The notes beneath the pieces were generated by a model that was not told the DNA's origin, ran no database searches, and was given only the letters and a program-made list of their open reading frames with translations. This document shows positions 46,840 through 54,897 of a DNA stretch of 64,000 bases, piece by piece. The translations under genes and the position numbers were made by a program. Source of the stretch: Eubacteriales bacterium (GTDB lineage: Bacteria > Bacillota > Clostridia > Christensenellales > UBA1242); the NCBI GenBank assembly GCA_018384735.1, contig JAHAXB010000022.1, positions 68,087 through 132,086 of the forward strand, in the 5' to 3' direction. Numbering within the stretch: the first letter of the stretch is position 1; each line of letters opens with the position of its first letter.

Positions 46840-48024
46840 TTATTTAAAAATTCTTGGAATGTATTTTAAGACCGGTTCGGGTTGATCCAAAACGACGGAA
46901 ACGATACAATCTTTGATTTCGTCCAAAACGCGGCGGTCAACTTTTTTCAAATTGGTAATGAACGGCAAACCAATCCGAACACCACTGGTTTCGATAGCGG
47001 TGCGGGGGTCACCTTGAATTTTGTTCTTGTTGGTGACAATGCCATATTTTTGTTCCAGTTCATCTTGCACTTGACGGCCAGATTTCTTGGTGTCGCGCAA
47101 GTCAATTAAGAACATATGAGTTTGTGTCTTACCGGAAATAATTTTGATGCCGGCTTTTTTCAATTCTTCACACAGGTAGTTAGCGTTTTGTACTACACGT
47201 TCAATGTAGTTGCGATAACTCTTGGTAAAGGCCTCTTCCAAGCAGACCGCTTTCGCTGCGATTACGTGCATCAACGGACCACCTTGGCAGCCAGGGAAAA
47301 CCGCTTTGTCAATAACTTTGGCAAATTCTTCTTTACACAAAATCATGCCACCACGCGGACCACGTAAGGTTTTGTGAGTTGTGGTAGTCACAATATCTGC
47401 CCATTTCATTGGGTTCGGGTATAAGCCCGCTGCAACCAAGCCCGCAAAGTGTGCCATGTCGACCATGAACATCGCGCCAACCGACTTCGCAACTTTGGCA
47501 ATGCGTTCAAAATCAATGATTAAACTGTAAGCACTGCAACCCGCTACAATCAGTTGAGGGTGGTGTTCCTTAGCCAATTTTTCCAAATTCTTATAATCTA
47601 AAATACCATTTTCGTCCAAGCCGTAGTTAATCACGTTATATAATTTACCCGAGAACGAAACTTTGGCGCCGTGTGACAAATGTCCGCCCGCATCCAAAGA
47701 CATGGACAAGATGGTATCGCCTGGTTTTAAAACCGCCATATAAACTGCCATGTTGGCTGCCGAACCGCAGTGTGGTTGTACGTTGGCGTGGTCGGCTTCA
47801 AACAATTTACAAGCCAATTCACGACAGTAGTTTTCGACTTGATCCACGACTTCACAGCCCGAATAGTAGCGCGCTCCGGGGTAACCTTCGGCGTATTTGT
47901 TGGTCAAACAACTGCCCATGGCTGCCATAACATTTTTGCTGGCGATATTTTCGCTGGCAATTAAGTTGATTTTGCTCCATTGTCGTTTGTTTTCTGCTTT
48001 TATCAGTTGTTGAATTTTGTTCAT
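46840..48024 (-). CDS. glyA: Serine hydroxymethyltransferase
   Basis: LIASEN, TTTTHKTLRGPRGG (PLP Lys). TTTGCA-18-TATAAT-6 nt-ATG upstream. Confidence 0.97.
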   Translation of the reverse strand: MNKIQQLIKAENKRQWSKINLIASENIASKNVMAAMGSCLTNKYAEGYPGARYYSGCEVVDQVENYCRELACKLFEADHANVQPHCGSAANMAVYMAVLKPGDTILSMSLDAGGHLSHGAKVSFSGKLYNVINYGLDENGILDYKNLEKLAKEHHPQLIVAGCSAYSLIIDFERIAKVAKSVGAMFMVDMAHFAGLVAAGLYPNPMKWADIVTTTTHKTLRGPRGGMILCKEEFAKVIDKAVFPGCQGGPLMHVIAAKAVCLEEAFTKSYRNYIERVVQNANYLCEELKKAGIKIISGKTQTHMFLIDLRDTKKSGRQVQDELEQKYGIVTNKNKIQGDPRTAIETSGVRIGLPFITNLKKVDRRVLDEIKDCIVSVVLDQPEPVLKYIPRIFK

Positions 48025-48062
48025 GCTTCAATTATATATTTAGCGCCAAAAATATGCAAACC

Positions 48063-48137
48063 AAAAAAAATAAATCGCAACCGCAATTACATTTACATTT
48101 TTGATTTTGAATGTAAGCGGTGGCCAATTGGGTTGCG
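48063..48137 (-). terminator. Long branched hairpin plus U8 tract (orphan terminator or 3' end of a candidate sRNA)
   Basis: On the minus strand, CGCAACC (48131-48137) pairs with GGTTGCG (48076-82). An inner hairpin CCGCTTACAT/ATGTAAttGCGG spans 48081-48120. This is followed by GATTTATTTTTTTT. It lies upstream of the glyA promoter. Confidence 0.5.
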
Positions 48138-48228
48138 GCTGGTGTTTCGTAAAAATCCGATTGATTTTCCATGAGTTCATTTATGCTTATGCGCGTATAT
48201 TTTGACACAGCCGACACATAATAAGGTC

Positions 48229-48435
48229 ATGGAAAAAACAACAAGCGTAAAACCAAAGCGAAAATCTAACCCGATGCAAAAGGTCGGACAAACAATTAAA
48301 GATACTTTTATGGAAATGAGTACCAGTCTGGCGGGCTGGATTGACGACACTAGCGACCAATTTAGCGCTAAGCCACCAAAGAAGACCAGCGTTTCCGGTG
48401 CAAAATTCGTTTCGACACCTAAAAAGACAAATTAA
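48229..48435 (+). CDS. Hypothetical small basic protein (68 aa)
   Basis: K/T/P-rich (KPKRKSNP, STPKKTN). ATG 48229 preferred over TTG 48202. No family recognised. Confidence 0.45.
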   Translation: MEKTTSVKPKRKSNPMQKVGQTIKDTFMEMSTSLAGWIDDTSDQFSAKPPKKTSVSGAKFVSTPKKTN

Positions 48436-48528
48436 CGATAAAAACTTTATAAAAGTTGTAAAAAATGGTAAATAAACCTAACGTTTGTTTAGAATTGGTA
48501 AGACACTAAGCAAACTAAGGAGAAAAAT

Positions 48529-48819
48529 ATGCAAAAGAAAGCGATTATCGCGACTTTATGCGCACTTGTCTTGACCATGTACGGTTACCTCAATTGGGAA
48601 AGATGCATTTAATTGTTACAACTTAAAAACTGTGAAAATTTTAGGCAATCCAAGTATTGCTGAGGATGTGTTACTGAACAAGAAAACAAGCAAGAACAAC
48701 AAGGAAGCAAGAACAACGGAGCAGTAGTTGCTGCCGTGGCCGGAACCACAACCTGTGTTGCTGGTTTGACCGCTGTTGGAACGATTGTTGCTGTAGTTTT
48801 GAAACGTCGTCGTAAATAA
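48529..48819 (+). pseudogene. Small membrane-protein reading frame interrupted by two in-frame stops
   Basis: AAGGAG SD. MQKKAIIATLCALVLTMYGYLNWERCI, then TAA (48610), 16 codons, TGA (48661), then ...GAVVAAVAGTTTCVAGLTAVGTIVAVVLKRRRK. All in one frame. The distal part has no start codon. Confidence 0.4.
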
Positions 48820-48846
48820 TCAATCTAACGACTAAATCAGTGAAAA

Positions 48847-48869
48847 CCCGTTTACACACGGGCTTTTTT
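48847..48869 (+). terminator. Intrinsic terminator
   Basis: Stem CCCGT/ACGGG (48847-48851 / 48858-48862), then CTTTTTT. Confidence 0.6.
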
Positions 48870-48914
48870 AATGATAAAGTTGCCCGTAATGCCAAAACAC
48901 GGTATAATTAAGTG

Positions 48915-49379
48915 ATGACATATTATTACACAAAAGCGAAAAAATCACGTTCATATGTCAAAACCAACGGTTTGAAAATTACCCACAAAGGTCTTCCGTC
49001 CAGTTTTGTAATTTTAATTTTAACCTTTTTAGTGATTGGTATTTTAGCGGGTGGTTTTGCGGTTAAGACCTTAACCAAAAATGATTGTTTTGTTATCAAT
49101 GCTGTTAATGAACCAATTGATTTGGAAATCGGTGGAGAAGGTAACCCCGACAGTTACACAGAAACCGGCGCAACATGTGTTTTCTTTGGTAAAGATTTAT
49201 CCGACACGGTCAATGTCGAATATTTCTACCGCGAAGATATGAGTCACGACGTAGCACCAGTTACCGAAATTGACCCGTCCGTACCTGGTTATTATTATGC
49301 GGTTTATACTTCGTCCCATTTTAAATACAAAAATGTTAAATTGGTACGCACCATAACCGTAATTCAGGAGGAGGAATAA
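48915..49379 (+). CDS. Membrane-anchored protein with Ig-like (DUF5011-like) ectodomain
   Basis: N-terminal TM, then a beta-rich domain ending ...GYYYAVYTSSHFKYKNVKLVRTITV. TATAAT (48903-48908) 6 nt before ATG 48915. The domain call is tentative. Confidence 0.65.
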   Translation: MTYYYTKAKKSRSYVKTNGLKITHKGLPSSFVILILTFLVIGILAGGFAVKTLTKNDCFVINAVNEPIDLEIGGEGNPDSYTETGATCVFFGKDLSDTVNVEYFYREDMSHDVAPVTEIDPSVPGYYYAVYTSSHFKYKNVKLVRTITVIQEEE

Positions 49380-49380
49380 C

Positions 49381-50544
49381 ATGAAGAAAAAACTTTCGCG
49401 TTTAACCTTAATTCTGGTTTCAATTTTAAGTTTGGTCTTTGGCTTTGTCGCCAGCGGAATTGCCGTAATTTATTATTCAATTCCGGTTAGCGATGTTATA
49501 CCAGCAACATTATCCAGTCACAAATTAGCGACAGCGGGGAAATTAGATGTCGACACTATTACCAGTCAAGATTTATCAATTCATTTTCTTGAACTTGGGA
49601 ATAAATACACTGGTGATTGCACCTTAATTAAAGTTGGGAGTACCGAAGTTTTAATTGATGCTGGTTCTAAAGCCAGTTCCATTCCTACCATTAAAGCATA
49701 TCTTGATCATTTTGTTACTGATGGCACTTTGGAATATGTGATTGTTACCCACGCACACCAAGACCACATTGCGGGATTCGGTACCGGCGAAAATACGGAG
49801 AGTTTACTGGATATGTATGAAGTCGGCACCATCATTAAATTTGTGCATACTAAAAGCACCGCCAAAGTCTATAAAAATTTTTGTCGCGAGGTTGACGAAG
49901 CCGTATCACGCGGTACCAAAGTTTATAACGCCTTGCAGTGTATTAACCAAACCAATGGTGCGCAAAAAGTTTACTCATTAGGTGATGGTATCAATCTGGA
50001 AATTCTGGATCAAAAATATTATTACGAGAATACCGCCGGAAATGAAAACGATAACTCGGTTTGTTGCCAAATTGTGCAAAACAACGAAAAATATTATTTA
50101 TTTACGGGCGACCTGGAATCCGGCGGGGAAGCATCCTTGGTTTCGCGTAATCGTAATACTTTGCATCAGGTTGAACTTTACAAAGCCGGCCACCACGGTT
50201 CTAAAACCAGTTCGTCCAACGCGTTAATGTCAGTGATTAAGCCCAAGCGTGTTTGCGTTTGCTGTTGTGCTGGTAGTAGTGAATATACAAAAAATAATGT
50301 TAACCAATTCCCGACGCAGAATTTTGTCGACCGCGTGGCTCCGTATACCGACCAAGTTTTTGTCACGACATTGTGTGTTAATTGGGCTGCCGGCGATTTC
50401 ATCTCAATGAATGGTAACATTGTAGTTTACTGCAAAAAAGAAGATACCGAAGTAGTTATTCATTGTTCAAATGTCCCGACCATTCTAAAAGATACCGAAT
50501 GGTTCCGCGCCAACCGTAAAATGCCCGCAAATTGGGCGGCATGA
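49381..50544 (+). CDS. Membrane-anchored metallo-beta-lactamase-fold hydrolase (ComEC C-terminal-domain-like)
   Basis: Signal anchor, HAHQDH motif, ...GHHGS. Strong SD CAGGAGGAGG. Confidence 0.85.
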   Translation: MKKKLSRLTLILVSILSLVFGFVASGIAVIYYSIPVSDVIPATLSSHKLATAGKLDVDTITSQDLSIHFLELGNKYTGDCTLIKVGSTEVLIDAGSKASSIPTIKAYLDHFVTDGTLEYVIVTHAHQDHIAGFGTGENTESLLDMYEVGTIIKFVHTKSTAKVYKNFCREVDEAVSRGTKVYNALQCINQTNGAQKVYSLGDGINLEILDQKYYYENTAGNENDNSVCCQIVQNNEKYYLFTGDLESGGEASLVSRNRNTLHQVELYKAGHHGSKTSSSNALMSVIKPKRVCVCCCAGSSEYTKNNVNQFPTQNFVDRVAPYTDQVFVTTLCVNWAAGDFISMNGNIVVYCKKEDTEVVIHCSNVPTILKDTEWFRANRKMPANWAA

Positions 50545-50582
50545 ATAACCGCTAAATGACACATACTAAGTACAACAAAAAA

Positions 50583-50606
50583 GGGAGTACGAATACTCCC
50601 ATTTTT
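50583..50606. terminator. Bidirectional terminator between the MBL gene and tRNA-Asp
   Basis: AAAAAA-GGGAGTA-cgaa-TACTCCC-ATTTTT. Confidence 0.75.
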
Positions 50607-50682
50607 GGCGACCCGCAACAGACTTGAACTGTCGACCTCATGCGTGACAGGCATGCGCTCTAACCAACTGAGCTAGCGGGCC
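50606..50682 (-). tRNA. tRNA-Asp (anticodon GUC), CCA encoded
   Basis: The reverse complement GGCCCGCTAGCTCAGTTGGTTAGAGCGCATGCCTGTCACGCATGAGGTCGACAGTTCAAGTCTGTTGCGGGTCGCCA folds as a cloverleaf. Anticodon loop CTGTCAC, discriminator G73. Confidence 0.95.
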
Positions 50683-50692
50683 AAACATTATG

Positions 50693-50721
50693 ATTATACA
50701 TAATGTACAACGCCTTGTCAA
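50693..50721 (-). promoter_or_regulatory. Consensus sigma-A promoter for tRNA-Asp
   Basis: Minus strand TTGACA (50716-50721), 17-nt spacer, TATAAT (50693-50698), ~10 nt upstream of the tRNA 5' end. Confidence 0.75.
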
Positions 50722-50774
50722 TCTAAATTCATTGACAAAATTCGGCGAAACAATTATTTGTATTGTGACGAAAC

Positions 50775-53483
50775 ATGAAAAATTGGGGGACAAAAGTAAA
50801 AATCTTGATTTGCTTAGCGCTGTGTATCTTCGGCGCGTTTTTTGCTACGGTTAATTTTACTTATGGTCCGCTGAAAACCTCAGCCACAACCGCAAACGCG
50901 GAAGAAGTTTCTTTTGATGATTTTATTGACGCGTTTGAACGCATGAATACTGAATACGAACCCAGTAAAAACACCTTAGTATTTTTAGACAAAGCATACG
51001 AACTAACCACCGATGATGACGGCGAATATTTAATCTCGGAACAGGTTTTCCGCCACGTTACAGGGACACCAACACGCCTCACACTTAGCACTCAATCTAC
51101 CGCACAAACACGCACTTGTTTTGTTCGTCGTTTAACTGATTTGGCCACGGAAACTGGCTATGAAATTACCACTGGCAACCAAAGCGTGGCGCTAACGCGT
51201 CCGTACGGCTTAAAACGCATTGTTATTTACGCTACAAGCGATGATTTAGATTTATGCGGGGCAGTGGCGAGCGTGAGTTACCACCATGTTCACATTCATC
51301 AATATGCCACGGAGGAAGACACACGCGCGGCCTATGAATATTATCAAACATGTCCCTCGGTAAGGTCGGTTTTCGTCGACCAATATTGTTGGGCTGAAAA
51401 CGAAGATCTTACTCTGCAAAATACAAACACCAACCAAAATGAATATTTATCTTGGGGTGCGGAAAAAATGGGCGTGCCGGACTATCAGCAATATTTATTG
51501 GATACTGTCAAAGCTAACAACAATGACATTAACGCTTTACCAGAAGTTGTCGTTGCTGTCTTGGATACTGGTATCGACACGGACCATCCGCTGTTTGCTG
51601 ATCGTTTTTTGCGTGACAGTCGTAACCGTATTATCGGCAAAGACTTTACGCATATTAGCGGTTCGGGCTATGCATTTGAAGACGACCAAGGTCACGGTAC
51701 CCATTGTGCCGGAATTATTTGCGACTTGACTTTACCGAATGTGAAAATTTTACCCATTAAATTCATGAGCGTTGACCCTACCGATAATCAAAAGACTACG
51801 GGTACCATGTCAGACGCAATGTTGGGTATTATGTACGCAATCGATAAAAAATCTGATTACAACATCGCCGCGATTAACATGAGTTTTGGTGTTAATGTTA
51901 AAGATAAATCAGAACGCGACAAACAAGAATTGCTAACCGGCTTTTCAGCCTACATCGATGACGCATATGACGCAGGAATTTTCTCGGTTGTTGCTGCAGG
52001 AAATGATCATATCAATGTAAGCAATTTTTCACCCGCTAATGTCGACAAAGCCATTACAGTAAGCGCGCTAACACTTTATAACCAGCAATTGTTTTTTGAT
52101 AACAGCTATTCCAATTATGGTTCCGGTATTGACGTTTGTGCCCCTGGTACGCAAATTTTCAGCGCTTATCCGAACGGAACTTATACTAAATTGGACGGCA
52201 CCTCGATGGCGGCTCCGCATGTTGCGGCTTACATTGCTTTGTTACAATCCGACCAATTACATTCTCATTTACAAGACGAAATTTATCAAATCTTAACCGA
52301 CAGTAATTCCGCCTATTTACAAGATTTGGGTCCACTTGGTAAAGATACGCAATATGGCAATGGTTTGCCAATTTTAACTACGGCAGTGCCGAACTATGTC
52401 ATGGTTAATGTTTCAGCGGGGGAACTTGGTTCAGTGTCTCCCGCGGGATATGGTCTTTATACCAAAGGTGCGGATTTAACTTTAACCTTTACTCCTGATG
52501 AAAACAGTTATGTCAGCAAAATTATTGTCGATGGTAACGAAGTTGCCGACGGTCGGGGCCGTACTCAGTACCATTTTACCAACTTGTCGCAGTCACACAC
52601 TGTCGTGGTTGAATTTGAATCCAATGGCTATACAGTGGAGTATTACTTAGAAAATCTATATGATACAAATTCCACAGCACCGCATCAATATACCATTGAG
52701 CGCGCCAAGTTTACCGGTGAAATTGGACAATTAACTACGGCCGTCCCGCAAACCTATTCGGGTTTTACCGCACAACCATATCAGCAAGAAACCATTACAT
52801 CTGACGGGAAAACTGTTGTAAAAATTTATTACACGCGTAATAAATATCAAGTAACCACGCAGAAACTCGCTGACGATAAAGGTATTATCCGGATTGATGG
52901 CGGGGGCGAATACCTTTACGGTGCAGAAGTCGTTATCAAGCCAACCTTTCGGAGTGGATACGGGCTAAGTAAATGGGAATTAACCACCTGCAATGATTTG
53001 TCATTTAACTCGCAAATTAACCCTAACATCATGGTGCAAAAATTTGCTATGCCGGCCTCTGATTTAACATTGATGTTGTATTCCGAAGAAGGCGTTTATC
53101 AGATTACAGTAAAAATTACTGGTAACGGTTCAGCCAGTCCCGAAGAAGTTTGGGTACATGCTGGCGAAGCGATGATTTTTGAACTAAAACCCGAGCCGGG
53201 CTACACAATTAAATCAGTTTCGTATGATGGCGTGGACATTGAACCGAACGAGGTTGCCGACGGCGTTTACGCGGTTAATTTGTATAATATCAATGACAAC
53301 ACAGAATTGGCGGTAACCTTTACCCAAAAACAAAATTCGCAGCAAAAGTGGTTAGATTATTTAATTTGGGGTGGCGGCGGTGTCTTCGCGGTCATCCTGT
53401 TTACCGGCTCAACCATTTTAACCATCATGACCATTAGGATAAAAAGGCAATGTAATAAACAGAATGATATGCGTAAAAGTTAA
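50775..53483 (+). CDS. Cell-surface subtilisin-like (S8) serine protease with repeat domains and C-terminal TM anchor
   Basis: Signal anchor. Catalytic VAVLDTGID, HGTHCAG, AAGND, GTSMAAPH. Two ~80-aa repeats plus InlB-B-repeat-like modules. C-terminal TM followed by RIKRQ. Confidence 0.92.
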   Translation: MKNWGTKVKILICLALCIFGAFFATVNFTYGPLKTSATTANAEEVSFDDFIDAFERMNTEYEPSKNTLVFLDKAYELTTDDDGEYLISEQVFRHVTGTPTRLTLSTQSTAQTRTCFVRRLTDLATETGYEITTGNQSVALTRPYGLKRIVIYATSDDLDLCGAVASVSYHHVHIHQYATEEDTRAAYEYYQTCPSVRSVFVDQYCWAENEDLTLQNTNTNQNEYLSWGAEKMGVPDYQQYLLDTVKANNNDINALPEVVVAVLDTGIDTDHPLFADRFLRDSRNRIIGKDFTHISGSGYAFEDDQGHGTHCAGIICDLTLPNVKILPIKFMSVDPTDNQKTTGTMSDAMLGIMYAIDKKSDYNIAAINMSFGVNVKDKSERDKQELLTGFSAYIDDAYDAGIFSVVAAGNDHINVSNFSPANVDKAITVSALTLYNQQLFFDNSYSNYGSGIDVCAPGTQIFSAYPNGTYTKLDGTSMAAPHVAAYIALLQSDQLHSHLQDEIYQILTDSNSAYLQDLGPLGKDTQYGNGLPILTTAVPNYVMVNVSAGELGSVSPAGYGLYTKGADLTLTFTPDENSYVSKIIVDGNEVADGRGRTQYHFTNLSQSHTVVVEFESNGYTVEYYLENLYDTNSTAPHQYTIERAKFTGEIGQLTTAVPQTYSGFTAQPYQQETITSDGKTVVKIYYTRNKYQVTTQKLADDKGIIRIDGGGEYLYGAEVVIKPTFRSGYGLSKWELTTCNDLSFNSQINPNIMVQKFAMPASDLTLMLYSEEGVYQITVKITGNGSASPEEVWVHAGEAMIFELKPEPGYTIKSVSYDGVDIEPNEVADGVYAVNLYNINDNTELAVTFTQKQNSQQKWLDYLIWGGGGVFAVILFTGSTILTIMTIRIKRQCNKQNDMRKS

Positions 53484-53980
53484 ATATTTAGCACCATGAC
53501 GCCACAGTTGAGGTAGAACGCGTAAAATAACCACATGATATAGACAATCATGATAATTCCGGCGGCGGCAAAAGATTTATAGAACCGACAAGCCACAATT
53601 ACTGCCGAAATAATGTTGAAGACTAACCAGAAGATTGAGAACGCTAACAAATTTAAACGGAAGAAAAACAACGGCCATAACATATTAAAAAACAAATGAA
53701 TTCCGTACCAAATTAAATCGTTGCGCCGACGTGCGCGGTCTTGGTTGGCTTGGAAGGTTAAAAATGCTGCAAAACCAATTCCAATATAGTTAATTGTCCA
53801 AACGACGGGGAAAACCCAATCTGCGGGGTGGAGTGGTGGTTGCTTGTAACTGCCGTCCATTTTACCACCAATTAAGGAGCCCGCGAATCCGACTAATAAT
53901 GTCACGCCAATAATAATTAGCGCTACCGCCCACGGCTTTAATTTGCGGTTTTGAATTTGTGATTGCATAATATTGCTCAT
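53480..53980 (-). CDS. tspO: Tryptophan-rich sensory protein TspO/MBR family
   Basis: Five-TM, Trp-rich (PADWVFPVVWTINY, WYGIHLFFNMLWP). Confidence 0.85.
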   Translation of the reverse strand: MSNIMQSQIQNRKLKPWAVALIIIGVTLLVGFAGSLIGGKMDGSYKQPPLHPADWVFPVVWTINYIGIGFAAFLTFQANQDRARRRNDLIWYGIHLFFNMLWPLFFFRLNLLAFSIFWLVFNIISAVIVACRFYKSFAAAGIIMIVYIMWLFYAFYLNCGVMVLNI

Positions 53981-54096
53981 GATTTATAGTTATCAACAAA
54001 TAACTGCGACTTTATACTACTAACACATTTTTTTCGCAGTATTAAATATATCTTGCTTTTCTGGTGTAAAAAGTGTATTCTATTCATGGAGGAAAA

Positions 54097-54375
54097 ATGT
54101 CAGAAGGACGAAAAAGTAACTTAATTCCATCAGTTAAATCAGGGAAGGGAATTAAAATTCTAGCTGAACTCGAAGCACGGGTGAAGTGGAATGGGGATTA
54201 TTATAGCAGTCGCTTTGATATTGACTATCAAAACCAAGTACAAGCAGATTATATCTCGCAAAAATATGCTCATAAATACGCGTGTGAATCTTATGTTGAA
54301 ACCAAAACGGATAACACGCTATCAGGAAAGATTGTTGTCACGGATGATCTGACTTTTAACCATTTAATCAGTTAA
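54097..54375 (+). CDS. Hypothetical protein (92 aa), possibly the 5' part of a disrupted gene
   Basis: GGAGG 4 nt before ATG 54097. A TAA at 54373 is followed in the same frame by a further 45 codons (to 54513). Confidence 0.4.
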   Translation: MSEGRKSNLIPSVKSGKGIKILAELEARVKWNGDYYSSRFDIDYQNQVQADYISQKYAHKYACESYVETKTDNTLSGKIVVTDDLTFNHLIS

Positions 54376-54634
54376 TTTATCAATGATGAAAAAATGACCG
54401 TGTTTGCTGGCAAAGAAAAATTTACTAAAAAGTATTATCAAGATGATTGGGAACGTCTCAGGTCATATTTTTGGACGACAAAAAACATTGAAGATACCAG
54501 AGTAGAAAAGTAATTAAATCAAATTTTTAATTTTGAGGAAATAGCTTTATTTGTTTTTGTGATGCTGCCGTGTTCTCGGGGGCGGGTTTTTCGCTTTTTC
54601 TCTTTTTATAACTTTAAATTTCTCCCTCCATAAA

Positions 54635-54664
54635 ACTTCGCAAAAGAAAACTTTTGCGAAGTTA
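54635..54664. repeat. Perfect 13-bp inverted repeat with 4-nt loop
   Basis: AACTTCGCAAAAG-aaaa-CTTTTGCGAAGTT, inside a 384-bp noncoding stretch upstream of proS. Confidence 0.9.
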
Positions 54665-54897
54665 TGCGTGTATAATTTAAACGTGGTTCAAGCGTTGCGA
54701 AACGGCACAAATCAAATAAAAACAGTTTATCGGAATTATTAACATGGTAAAAATTGCCACAAAAATATTACTGTATGTTTATTGCAAAATACCACAAAAA
54801 ACTGCAACACAATAACTATATTCTGATACCGCGTACTTTCCGTGGCAAAAATTTACAACTTGTAACAAAACACAATTTATTGTATACTGATATTTAT

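Noticed and set aside
48025-48200. Known riboswitch (ZTP/pfl, THF or glycine) in front of glyA.
   Set aside because: I could not find the conserved cores I recall for these classes. The best glyA promoter lies downstream of the structured element, only 6 nt from the ATG, which leaves no 5' UTR for a riboswitch.
48661-48663. Genome-wide stop-codon reassignment (TGA or TAA read as sense), prompted by the in-frame stops at 48610, 48661 and 54373.
   Set aside because: Conserved genes across the window terminate at TGA or TAA where homologs end (for example secD at TGA, tatD and rsmA at TAA). No conserved protein needs read-through, so the standard bacterial code fits.
54683-54705. tRNA-like T-arm (GGTTCAAGC) suggesting a second tRNA or tRNA fragment.
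   Set aside because: The flanking bases do not form a T-stem, acceptor stem or anticodon arm.
54680-54897. Possible T-box leader upstream of proS, based on GATACCGCG at about 54824-54832 resembling the T-box core GGUACCGCG.
   Set aside because: The segment is AT-rich, with no Stem I features, no specifier loop and no terminator or antiterminator pair after the motif (no complementary CGCGGU plus U-run). The match is limited to about 8 nt.
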